Shown: positions 36,336-45,029 of the stretch, piece after piece
How positions within the stretch are numbered: the first letter of the stretch is position 1
Layout of the letters: each line of letters starts with the position of its first letter
DNA from: Eubacterium sp.
GTDB lineage: Bacteria > Bacillota > Clostridia > Christensenellales > CAG-314
Direction: 5' to 3'
NCBI GenBank assembly: GCA_963653425.1
Contig: CAVJWC010000004.1
Location: 21,244-85,243, forward strand
Length of the DNA stretch: 64,000 bases
Translations under genes and position numbers: made by a program
Notes under the pieces: generated by a model
What the model was told of the DNA's origin: nothing
Databases searched by the model: none
Seen by the model: the letters and a program-made list of their open reading frames with translations, nothing else

Positions 36336-36341
36336 CAAAAA

Positions 36342-36378
36342 ACACAGTCGCCTTCGTTTGAAAGCGACTGTGTTTTTT
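36342..36378. terminator. Bidirectional terminator hairpin
   Basis: acacagtcgc...gcgactgtgt (10-bp stem), flanked by an A-run and a T-run. Confidence 0.7.
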
Positions 36379-36452
36379 GGTACTCCCGACGGGAATCGAA
36401 CCCATAACTAACCCTTAGGAGGGGTTTATTATATCCATTTAACTACGGAAGC
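36378..36452 (-). tRNA. tRNA-Arg (anticodon CCT), CCA encoded
   Basis: The reverse complement GCTTCCGTAGTTAAATGGATATAATAAACCCCTCCTAAGGGTTAGTTATGGGTTCGATTCCCGTCGGGAGTACCA folds by hand into a cloverleaf. The anticodon loop is CTCCTAA and the T-loop is TTCGATT. Confidence 0.85.
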
Positions 36453-36563
36453 GTATTCGTTTTTCGTGCGCGTTGGTTTCTTTCGGCATTTTTTATCCGG
36501 CATATCAGACGTCCGAGGCTGTTTCCGGCAATAGAAGTCTGAATTTCCGAGGCGTTTTCACGG

Positions 36564-36597
36564 CAAAAAAACGGGGCGGAGCAAACGCTCAGCCCGT
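36564..36597 (-). terminator. Putative terminator of the minus-strand glycolipid operon
   Basis: On the minus strand: acgggctgagcgtttgctccgccccgt followed by TTTTTTT. Confidence 0.45.
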
Positions 36598-36818
36598 TAA
36601 TTCTAATACTTACCCGTGTTTTTGTCAAGCGTTCTGCGGAAGTTTGTTTTTTCTTGCCTTCACGGCGGTTTTGCCGGGGTAATGTGAAGCGACGAATGTA
36701 AGACAAAAACTCTTTTTTACTGCTTTTTATCAGTCGGTTATCGCTTATTATCCGCTTCTTTTGCAGTCGGTCGCAGAACTTTTAACTTGCTTTTCCGCAG
36801 TCCGATATCGGATTCGGC

Positions 36819-37970
36819 TTATTTCTTCGTTTTTTTGATGGCGGCGGTTTCTTCCAGCATTTTTTCCATACGTTGCATACATTTTTCCTGATCGAATTTA
36901 TCGTCCGCCATTTCTATGTAACGTTTGCTTGCTTCTTCTCTTTCCTCGGGATGTTCTATCCAGTAATCTATCTTGTCCGCGAGATTCTGAGGGTCTCCGA
37001 AGCGGAATTTGCTTCTGTCGTCTATCGCGTAAGACTGAGTAGCGCATCTTTCCGAATCGGAAATAACGGGAACCAATCCGCAGGCTATGGCTTCGAGACA
37101 GCTTATTCCTTCGGCTTCGATTTCCGCCGGGTGAACGTAAAGATAAGCCGTGTTTATAAGCTTAACCATATCGTCGCGACTGAAGAAGTTTATCTCGGGC
37201 TTATTGGGGAGCTTTTCTCCGCGTTTCTCTACTTTCTCTTTAAGAGGACCGCTTCCCGCGAAAACGAGCTGAATCTTATCTCTGTATTTGGAAAGATTTA
37301 CGCCGTCTATAAGAAGAGAGTGCGATTTTTCTCTCGACAGTCTGCCCGTAAACAAAATTACGATTTTTCCGTCGTATTTGGCGTCGGGCGTGACTTTCAT
37401 GGGTTTGAATCTCGAATTAACGCCGTTCGAGATAACGTAGCCGTTGGTTTTTCCGTACATCTTTTCGTTTATGTCGCGGAGATATTGAGTGGGGTAATGT
37501 ATGGCGTCTACGTTCTTATAAGTTTTGTGATAGGTGTCGTAAGTAAGCTTATTGGCGAAATTCCAGTTCTCCATATGAAGATGACAGGTGAAGTTTTCCG
37601 CCATTGCGTGGAATCCCGCGCTCGTCGGAATTCCTTCTTCGAGTGCGATTTTCGAGGCTTTTCTGCTGAGTGCGAAAGGAACGAGGCAATGTACGACGTC
37701 CGCGCCTTTTATTGCTTCGCGAATAGTGCTTTCGACGGGTTTGGCAAGGCTTACTCCGTTTTTTCTGACGTAATCGTTAAACGGACCGAAGTTTCTCGTC
37801 GGAACGATATAGAAGTTCTCCATATCCTTCTTATCTGCGTCGGGGCATACGACTCTTACGGTATGTCCGCTCTTTTTAAGGAATCTGTAAAGATTCATGG
37901 CGGCTATGGTGGTTCCGTTATTCTCCGGTCCCAGAACGTCGCATACTAAGGTAACTATCATAGCTGTCAA
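36819..37970 (-). CDS. Glycosyltransferase family 4 (GT-B) protein
   Basis: The N-terminus VCDVLGPENNGTTIAAMNLYRFLKKSGHTVRVV and the C-terminus ...YVHPAEIEAEGISCLEAIACGLVPV (E-x7-E-like) are typical of GT4. The start is ambiguous (TTG 37970 or ATG 37961). Confidence 0.7.
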   Translation of the reverse strand: MTAMIVTLVCDVLGPENNGTTIAAMNLYRFLKKSGHTVRVVCPDADKKDMENFYIVPTRNFGPFNDYVRKNGVSLAKPVESTIREAIKGADVVHCLVPFALSRKASKIALEEGIPTSAGFHAMAENFTCHLHMENWNFANKLTYDTYHKTYKNVDAIHYPTQYLRDINEKMYGKTNGYVISNGVNSRFKPMKVTPDAKYDGKIVILFTGRLSREKSHSLLIDGVNLSKYRDKIQLVFAGSGPLKEKVEKRGEKLPNKPEINFFSRDDMVKLINTAYLYVHPAEIEAEGISCLEAIACGLVPVISDSERCATQSYAIDDRSKFRFGDPQNLADKIDYWIEHPEEREEASKRYIEMADDKFDQEKCMQRMEKMLEETAAIKKTKK

Positions 37971-38746
37971 TTACTCTCCTTTTTAACGTATTCGTAATAA
38001 GCGAAGTTGTTTTCGTCCGAAACGATTTCCTGTATAAAGTCGTAAACCTGATTGCGCATTTCGTTTTTGTTTTCGCAATCTTCGGGATATACGGGTTCTC
38101 CTAAAGTTACGGTCATAAGCGGAGGAAGTTTTTTGAAAATCCTGCGCTTTCTGTAAGTAACGGCAAATCCCACCGCGGGGACTTTCGCCATAAAAGCGTA
38201 ACGGAAAGAAGTGTCGGGAAAAGGTCTTACGCCCGTATAAAACGGCCATATATGAGCTTCGGGATAAATGCCTACGGCTTGTCCCTTATTAAGTCTCGAT
38301 TTCATTTCCTCTATCATGTTTATGCTTCCCCTGTAAGTGTCGTTTAAGGGTATAGCTCCCAAAAGAGGAATGATTTTGTCGACTACGGGAATAGAAACGG
38401 CTTGTTGCGAAGAAATTATCGACGATCTTCTCGGAAAGGAAATCAGCGACGGAATAAACGCGTCCGTAGAACCGTTGGTGTGATTTCCGTAAAGAATATA
38501 TCCGCCTTTGATTTTACGCACGGCTTTAAGATTCTTGAAACGCATTCCGTATACGGCTTTCACGAAGAGAAAAACCAGAGGAGTGGCAATAAGCCTGTAT
38601 AAAACGAATGAAAGCAGTTTCCAGAATACGTTTTTATGGCTATAGGGGTAGTCTTTCCCTACGGGCTTTTGTGTGATTTTTTTACCGCTTGCGGCAAAAT
38701 CGTCGTTGAGTTCGTCCGAGTAGTAAATAGTCCGTTTCTTTCCCAT
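37967..38746 (-). CDS. Lysophospholipid (PlsC-like) acyltransferase family protein
   Basis: GNHTNGSTDAF (variant of the NHxxxxD box), YPEAHIW, and a hydrophobic N-terminal segment. Confidence 0.55.
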   Translation of the reverse strand: MGKKRTIYYSDELNDDFAASGKKITQKPVGKDYPYSHKNVFWKLLSFVLYRLIATPLVFLFVKAVYGMRFKNLKAVRKIKGGYILYGNHTNGSTDAFIPSLISFPRRSSIISSQQAVSIPVVDKIIPLLGAIPLNDTYRGSINMIEEMKSRLNKGQAVGIYPEAHIWPFYTGVRPFPDTSFRYAFMAKVPAVGFAVTYRKRRIFKKLPPLMTVTLGEPVYPEDCENKNEMRNQVYDFIQEIVSDENNFAYYEYVKKESN

Positions 38747-38761
38747 AATACCGTTTTTTGT

Positions 38762-39214
38762 TTATTTGCAGAGCTGTTTGATGTAGGTGCGTTCTCTTAA
38801 AGAGATTCTGCCGTCCATAGAGGTTACGCACAGACAGATAATGATAACGTCTCTGCGGATGTCTTCGTCGAGAAGGTCAAGAATGCGGATAAGGTTCTGG
38901 GTATATTCGCGCATCTGTTTTCTTTCTGCGAAATTGGTTGCGAAAAGCTGTTTAATGGATTCGAAATCGAAATCCGAACCGAAAACCTTTACGAGAGCGG
39001 GGTACATAAGAATGTATTCCTGTTCGTTTACCTTTCCGTCGGAAACGATAGAACCGAGAATGAAGGTTGCAAGAGTTTCTACCGAGTCTATTCCCGGAAC
39101 GGAAGCTTCTTCGAGCTTAGCAAGAACGCTTACGGATTTGGAAACGAGAAGCGCGCTTCTTTCGATAACGCTGAGCTGTTCATAATCGTCACATACTTTT
39201 TTGAATTCAAACAT
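38762..39214 (-). CDS. TerB-like domain protein (hypothetical)
   Basis: Two ...DG+i..E... repeats (VSDGKVNEQEYILM, SMDGRISLRERTYIKQL). AAGGAG RBS. Confidence 0.4.
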   Translation of the reverse strand: MFEFKKVCDDYEQLSVIERSALLVSKSVSVLAKLEEASVPGIDSVETLATFILGSIVSDGKVNEQEYILMYPALVKVFGSDFDFESIKQLFATNFAERKQMREYTQNLIRILDLLDEDIRRDVIIICLCVTSMDGRISLRERTYIKQLCK

Positions 39215-39384
39215 TTTCTTTTTCTCCTTATTGATTTTTGTGTCTGAAGCGAATCTTTCCTGCGCGCCGATTTAACCCACAGCCTTTTCCCGAAAAAGCA
39301 AAGCCTCTTTCTGCGGTTACCGCACATAAAGAACAATTCGCTGAATGTAAAGTTAAAAATATTTTATTTTTTAACTGAACATAG

Positions 39385-39413
39385 TTGACATTTCAACACT
39401 GTTGAATTATAAT
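39385..39413 (+). promoter_or_regulatory. Perfect-consensus sigma-70 promoter with no adjacent ORF
   Basis: TTGACA, 17-bp spacer, TATAAT. The nearest + strand ORF (TetR) starts 388 bp downstream. Confidence 0.55.
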
Positions 39414-39537
39414 ATAAATGTACGGTAATGAAAACTACAAAACTGTAGCGTTTGTTCATATTTTAACACAAAACGACATATTGTACAAGAAAAAACCGTA
39501 CATATTGCAGAAAAATGATAAGCCATAAGGCTTTTTG

Positions 39538-39695
39538 TCCGTCTTTTTCGTTCCGTTAAGCTTTTACGGAGCAAAAAACGAAGAAAAAGTTGTGGCGTTC
39601 CGTTTTTTACAAAGCTCTTCGCGCCGTAAAGGAAGTCTTTTCTTAAGTAACCGCAAAATTCGTTTTACGGTTATCGGCGATAAAGAAGGTCGCGC
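39538..39695 (+). repeat. Diverged, shorter copy of the MITE-like element
   Basis: The right half ...ctcttcgcgccgtaaaggaagtctttt...cgttttacggttatcggcgataaagaaggtcgcgc matches the right halves of 16362-16584 and the 53.4-kb array. It follows a small hairpin followed by a T-run (39520-39537). Confidence 0.4.
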
Positions 39696-39800
39696 TCAGT
39701 CGTTCCGTTTGGGGTAAGAACGCTGTAAGACGTTGCGTTTCGAAACGAAAAACGTAGCTGTAATCGATGAGAAAAAACGGTAACGCCGAAGGAGGAATAT

Positions 39801-40397
39801 ATGAAAGCTCAGAATGTCAACAATTCGTCGAAAAAAACGCGCGAAGCCATCAAGCGCGTGTTTGCGGAAATGATCAGCGAGAAAAAATCCATCGATAAGA
39901 TTTCCGTTACCGAACTGGTCAAGCGCGCGGGAATTCACCGCGGAACCTTTTATTCGCACTACGACGACATATACGGAGTTGCGGAAGATTTCGAGAACGA
40001 ACTTCTCCGCGATTTTTTCGACAACACAAAACTGTCTTCGATAAACGACATCGATCAGTTTATCGACAGCTTTTTCGATTATATACGTCAGAACGAGTAT
40101 TATTACAGAATGATCTGCCGTTCGGACGAAATCCTGTTTACGGCTAACAGACTCACGCTTATTGCCAGCAACAAGATATACGAAGTCATGAATTCCGATC
40201 CGCAGGTAAAAAGAAAGGATTACCTCGAAATAGAAATCAACATATTTATCGAAGGCGTTGTATGCGAATACGTTAAATATTGTCGCGGATACAGCGAATT
40301 CGACCTCGAATATCTCTACAAATTCGCTAAATTGTGGAGAAAGGGCATAGAAAGCAGAAGAGTCGAAGTTTCCGCTCTTCCCGATACGCAGGAATAA
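39801..40397 (+). CDS. TetR/AcrR-family transcriptional regulator
   Basis: N-terminal HTH REAIKRVFAEMISEKKSIDKISVTELVKRAGIHRGTFYSHY. Confidence 0.85.
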   Translation: MKAQNVNNSSKKTREAIKRVFAEMISEKKSIDKISVTELVKRAGIHRGTFYSHYDDIYGVAEDFENELLRDFFDNTKLSSINDIDQFIDSFFDYIRQNEYYYRMICRSDEILFTANRLTLIASNKIYEVMNSDPQVKRKDYLEIEINIFIEGVVCEYVKYCRGYSEFDLEYLYKFAKLWRKGIESRRVEVSALPDTQE

Positions 40398-40424
40398 CCG
40401 TCTGCGTCAATCCGTAACCAATTT

Positions 40425-40461
40425 ACCGCTCGCCCGTAAAAAGACGAGCGGTTCGGTTTTT
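40425..40461 (+). terminator. Intrinsic terminator after the TetR gene
   Basis: accgctcg...cgagcggt stem followed by a T-run. Confidence 0.6.
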
Positions 40462-40817
40462 CGCGCGTTTTGTGATTTAACTAAAGCGTGATTTTCCGCG
40501 TTTTGCGCCTTGTTGCGTTTCGTGATTTAAGTAAAGGGTAAGTTTTTTCCGCGTTTGTGATTTAAGAAGCGCAAGCGTTTTTCGCGTTTTAAGTAAAGCG
40601 CAAGCGTTTTTCGTTTTGTTTTTTCGTGTTTTACGCGTTTAGATTATATTGCGTGCGTCTTTGAGGCTTTTTGCTTTAACGAAAGAAACCGCCTGCGATT
40701 GCTTTAACTTATGAAAATTAAGAGTATATATAATAATTCGGGTGTCAAACTTATCCGAATGTGCTATAATAGGCGTAACTCATTAAGGAGGGGGCGCACA
40801 GACGCGCTTACGATTAT

Positions 40818-42185
40818 ATGAAGATTGTAGTTGCGGGCTGCGGAAAAATCGGAAAAACCATAGTACGCAGTCTTATCGAAGAAAAGCACGAAGTTACGGT
40901 AATAGACGTAAATCAGACGGTAGTGGAAGAAATTGCCCGTGAAACCGACGTTCTCTGTTTCAGCGGTAACGCCGCCGAATACGAAACGCTTAAAAACGCG
41001 GGCGCGGACAAAGCCGATTTGTTCATAGCGGCTACCGATTCGGACGAAATGAATATGCTTTCGTGTTTTGCCGCAAAAAGAATGGGCGCAAGACATACCG
41101 CCGCAAGAATAAGGAATTCCGCGAACAACACGGTCGAAAGCATGGAGTTTATGAAACAACAGCTCGAACTTTCGCTTTCCTTCAATCCAGAAATGCTTAC
41201 CGCGCGGGCTATATGCGACATACTTAAACTTCCGTCCGCTCTTAAAGTCGAAACCTTTGCGAGAAAAAGGTTCGAGATGATAGAGCTGGTTCTGGGTTCG
41301 GATTCGGCTCTCGACGGAGTGGCTCTCATTAACCTCAAAAAGTTCGTTAAAGCAAAGATGCTGGTATGTATCGTCAGCAGAAACGGAGAGGTCTTTATCC
41401 CCAACGGCTCGTTCGTTCTGAAGAGCGGAGACAAACTGGGCGTACTCGTTTCCGACGAGAACACCGAAAGAATTCTCAAAGCCATGGGTATAGCTCATAA
41501 GCCCGTAAAAAACGTGCTTATACTCGGCGCGGGAAAGACCACGACTTACCTTTGCAGACTTCTTATGAAGAACAAAATCACGCCCAAGGTTATCGAAGTC
41601 AAAGCGGAGAGATGCGACGCTCTTCTCGAAGAAATCGACGGACTTTCGGTTATTCACGGCGACGGAATGAACAGAGAACTTCTTGCCGAAGAGGGTATAG
41701 CCGATACCGACGCACTCGTGGCTTTAACGGGAATAGACGAACAGAATATACTTATTTCCTTTTACGCAATGGCTGAAAAGGTGGATAAAGTCGTTACAAA
41801 AGTCAGCCGAGACGAACTTTCTTCGCTTGCCCGTCAGCTTGGACTTGAATGTATGGTTTCCACCAAGGCTATAACCGCGGACTTAATCGTTCAGTACGCA
41901 AGAGGACTGAGAAACTCCATAGGCAGTAAGATGGAAACGCTTTATTCGCTTATGGACGGCAAGGCTCAGGCTCTCGAATTCAAAGTAATGTCCGATTTCA
42001 GATTGAGCGGAGTACCCTTAAAAGCAATGAAGATAAAGGACGAAGTTCTCGTTGCGGGTATAATCCGAGGCAGAGAAACGATAATCCCGGGAGGCGACGA
42101 CGTAATCGTTCCCGGCGACAGAGTAATCATAATTTCCGCGGGCATAAGAATAGACGAACTCGCAGACATATCGGAGGCTGAATAA
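40818..42185 (+). CDS. trkA: Trk potassium-uptake system NAD-binding subunit TrkA
   Basis: MKIVVAGCGKIGKT Rossmann motif, a second NAD domain VLILGAGKTT, and ~455 aa length. Confidence 0.9.
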   Translation: MKIVVAGCGKIGKTIVRSLIEEKHEVTVIDVNQTVVEEIARETDVLCFSGNAAEYETLKNAGADKADLFIAATDSDEMNMLSCFAAKRMGARHTAARIRNSANNTVESMEFMKQQLELSLSFNPEMLTARAICDILKLPSALKVETFARKRFEMIELVLGSDSALDGVALINLKKFVKAKMLVCIVSRNGEVFIPNGSFVLKSGDKLGVLVSDENTERILKAMGIAHKPVKNVLILGAGKTTTYLCRLLMKNKITPKVIEVKAERCDALLEEIDGLSVIHGDGMNRELLAEEGIADTDALVALTGIDEQNILISFYAMAEKVDKVVTKVSRDELSSLARQLGLECMVSTKAITADLIVQYARGLRNSIGSKMETLYSLMDGKAQALEFKVMSDFRLSGVPLKAMKIKDEVLVAGIIRGRETIIPGGDDVIVPGDRVIIISAGIRIDELADISEAE

Positions 42186-43627
42186 TGAATCACCGTATGA
42201 TCGTCCGCGTTCTTGGGAAGGTCGTTCTCATAGAAGCGGGACTTTTGGTTTTTCCTTTAATAGTCGCTCTTATAACGGGAGAAGCTTCCGTTCTGGCGTT
42301 TCTGATAACTTTCGGTATCTGTCTTGCTTTGGGGCTTCTTATATTGCTTCTCGTAAAGCCCACTAAGAAAGACCTTTTCGCAAAAGAAGGACTTATAATA
42401 GTTTCGGTGTCCTGGATAGCCGTTTCCGCCTTGGGAGCTTTGCCTTTCGTTATAAGCGGAGAAATGCCTTCGTATATAGACGCCCTGTTCGAAACCGTTT
42501 CGGGCTTTACGACTACGGGCGCGTCGGTTCTCGCGAACGTCGAAGCAATGGGAAAGGCTATGCTTTTCTGGAGAAGTTTTACCCATTGGATAGGCGGAAT
42601 GGGCGTTCTCGTTTTCCTTACCGCGATAACTTCCAACACCGATAAGAGCATAAACATTCTGCGCGCGGAAATGCCCGGTCCGTCGGTGGACAAGATAGTT
42701 CCGAGAGCGAAAGACACGGCTAAGATTCTTTATCTTATGTATATAGGACTTACCGCCCTATGCGTGATAATGCTTCTCTGCGGAGGACTTCCGCTTTTCG
42801 AAAGTCTCGTATATTCCTTCGGCGCTGCGGGAACGGGCGGTTTTTCGATAAAAGCCGACTCCATCGCAGGTTGCACGCCCTACGTTCAGTGGGTTTTAGG
42901 CGTGTTTATGTTGCTTTTCGGCGTAAACTTCAACCTCTACTACCTGATTATCGCGGGTAAGATAAAAGATATGCTTAAAAGCAAAGAACTCAGACTCTAT
43001 CTCGGCATAGTCGTCTTTTCAACTGCGGTTATCTGCATAAACATAGGAAAAACGTGCAGTAGTTTCGGCGAAACTCTGAGGCTGTCTTTCTTTCAGGTGT
43101 CTTCGATAATGACCACCACGGGTTACGCCACGGCAGACTTCAATCTCTGGCCGGTGTTTTCCAAAGCCGTCCTTTTGATGCTTATGTTTATAGGCGGTTG
43201 CGCGGGTTCTACGGCAGGCGGTTTCAAAGTCGTCCGCGTGGGTATTCTTCTGGAAAAGCTTAAAGGCGAAATCCGTAAAGCTCTTCATCCGCACGCGGCG
43301 TACGTAGTCAAATACGACGGCAAGAAGCTTTCCGACGACACTCTCGCGGGCGTGCTTTCTTACCTTGCGCTCTACGTGATAACCATAACGATTATCTTTC
43401 TTCTTGTGTGCGCGGAAGGAAGTTTCGACCTCGAAACCAATATAAGCGCGGTTGCTTCCTGTTTCAATAACATCGGTCCGGCTCTCGGAGCGGCAGGTCC
43501 TATGTCGAGTTTCTACGGTTACGGAGACTTCGCGAAAATCGTTCTGACTATCGCAATGCTTCTGGGCAGACTGGAAATCTATCCTCTGCTTTTAACCCTT
43601 AACCCCGCAACCTGGACCAAGAAATAG
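42185..43627 (+). CDS. trkH: TrkH/KtrB-family potassium transporter membrane subunit
   Basis: A 480-aa polytopic protein with selectivity-filter-like FETVSGFTTTGAS, SIMTTTGYAT and GGCAGSTAGGFK. Its start overlaps the trkA stop. Confidence 0.9.
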   Translation: MNHRMIVRVLGKVVLIEAGLLVFPLIVALITGEASVLAFLITFGICLALGLLILLLVKPTKKDLFAKEGLIIVSVSWIAVSALGALPFVISGEMPSYIDALFETVSGFTTTGASVLANVEAMGKAMLFWRSFTHWIGGMGVLVFLTAITSNTDKSINILRAEMPGPSVDKIVPRAKDTAKILYLMYIGLTALCVIMLLCGGLPLFESLVYSFGAAGTGGFSIKADSIAGCTPYVQWVLGVFMLLFGVNFNLYYLIIAGKIKDMLKSKELRLYLGIVVFSTAVICINIGKTCSSFGETLRLSFFQVSSIMTTTGYATADFNLWPVFSKAVLLMLMFIGGCAGSTAGGFKVVRVGILLEKLKGEIRKALHPHAAYVVKYDGKKLSDDTLAGVLSYLALYVITITIIFLLVCAEGSFDLETNISAVASCFNNIGPALGAAGPMSSFYGYGDFAKIVLTIAMLLGRLEIYPLLLTLNPATWTKK

Positions 43628-43685
43628 ACCCTGCGGATTAAGAAAGAGAAACTTGCTGAAAGAAGTAAAATCCTTGCAGACTAAG

Positions 43686-43757
43686 GCTGAGAGCAAACGT
43701 CGGGCTGAAGCTGAGAGCAAACGTCGGGCTGAAGCTGAGAGCAAACGGTTTGCTTTG
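43686..43757. repeat. 24-bp tandem repeat x3 (gctgagagcaaacgtcgggctgaa)
   Basis: Units start at 43686, 43710 and 43734. Confidence 0.7.
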
Positions 43758-43911
43758 CAGAGTTTAGTAAATCTTTGTAAAGCAATGCTCTATAGAGCTT
43801 AGTGAATTTTGCCCTACAGAGCTTAGTAAATCTTTGTTCTACAGAGTTTAGTAACTCTTTGCCCTACAGAGTTTAGTAACTCTTTGCTTACAGAGTTTAA
43901 CGACTCTTTAT
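43757..43911. repeat. ~25-bp tandem repeat x6 (tacagagtttagtaactctttgccc)
   Basis: Six imperfect units, each with the small dyad agag-N8-ctct. Confidence 0.65.
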
Positions 43912-43932
43912 AATAAACCGTCACAAAAAAAG

Positions 43933-43967
43933 AACTGCCGTAAGCGCTCGTCTCACGGCAGTTTTTT
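43933..43967. terminator. Terminator hairpin (A-run / T-run flanked)
   Basis: aactgccg...cggcagtt stem followed by TTTTTT. Confidence 0.7.
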
Positions 43968-44069
43968 ATATGAATTTATTGTTTTACGCGTAATCTTCTT
44001 CGTTTTGTCGTTTTACGCTAATCGGCGATAAAGAATGTAATGCGTAATCTTCGTTTTGTCGTTTTATGC

Positions 44070-44831
44070 TTAATTTTTACTTTCTTCGTTTTCTTCGTTT
44101 TCGGGGCTTTGCTCATAAACGTCCGAACCGTTTTCGTTCGTTTCCGAAAGTTTTTCGTTTTCGGAAGCGTTATGTTTTTCGGCTTCAAGGTTATCGCCGT
44201 TTAAGTTCTGCCCGTTTTCGTTGATTTCAGAATTGTTTTGACTTGCGACCTCGGCTTTTTTCTTTTTATCGATAAGGTATACGATAAGCGTAGGAATGCC
44301 CGTTACCGCAAGAGTTATAAGCGAAAGGACGTAAAACCTCAGACTTACTTTTTTCATAGGTTCGACCCGTCCGACGCGGTAGGCTTCTTTTGCGGCTTCG
44401 ATCGTTTCCGTTTCCGTGGAAGGCGTACTGTCCAAAATGCGCAGGAATTCCGTTTCGACGGGCTTGGTTTTCATAGCTTCGCACATATAATCCAGTCTGA
44501 AAAGCATTACGCAGATAATCAGAACCAAAAGAGCCACTGTAACCGTGCAGTTAAGAAGGGAAGCTTTGGTCTTTTTCAGCCTTACTATCTCGGTAATCGC
44601 CATAATCGCGTAAAGAATAAGCAGAAGGGTTGTTACCGAAAGGAAAGTGTCGTTTATTTCCGAAAGGGAATTGGACGTATACCACAAAATCGCGAAAGTC
44701 ACGATTACCGATATTCCGATAATCGCCCTGAAAAGGTCAAAGCGCGAAAGTTTTTCTTTCGTTTCCGCCTTGGGGTTATTAACTATTGCGTTTTCGGTGT
44801 ATCCGTCTTGATTTTTCTTGTTTTTTCTCAT
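44070..44831 (-). CDS. Hypothetical 4-TM membrane protein with an N/E-rich C-terminal tail
   Basis: An ORF with a [11 protein letters not shown] and hydrophobic segments. I recognise no family. Confidence 0.45.
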   Translation of the reverse strand: MRKNKKNQDGYTENAIVNNPKAETKEKLSRFDLFRAIIGISVIVTFAILWYTSNSLSEINDTFLSVTTLLLILYAIMAITEIVRLKKTKASLLNCTVTVALLVLIICVMLFRLDYMCEAMKTKPVETEFLRILDSTPSTETETIEAAKEAYRVGRVEPMKKVSLRFYVLSLITLAVTGIPTLIVYLIDKKKKAEVASQNNSEINENGQNLNGDNLEAEKHNASENEKLSETNENGSDVYEQSPENEENEESKN

Positions 44832-45029
44832 TTTTCTCCGCGCAGAATGGTTTTAGTGGTGTAGCTACCCGAAACTTAATTCGTCTGTTTTTTCGTGCGT
44901 AAGTGCATTATCCGTTAAAAGTCGTTTTTTGTCAAGTAAAAAGTACAGACAACGTATAAAAGATAAGGGAACGCGTTTTTGCGTTCCCTTAAAATCTTTA
45001 TATAAATTATAAAATTACCGCTCCGTTTG

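Noticed and set aside
40700-40817. c-di-AMP (ydaO-type) riboswitch in front of trkA
   Set aside because: The likely promoter (TGcTATAAT at ~40760) leaves a leader of only ~40 nt. That is far too short for the riboswitch, and no conserved motifs were seen.
40764-41657. 297-aa minus-strand ORF overlapping trkA
   Set aside because: It is an antisense shadow of trkA, whose Rossmann motifs are clear on the + strand.
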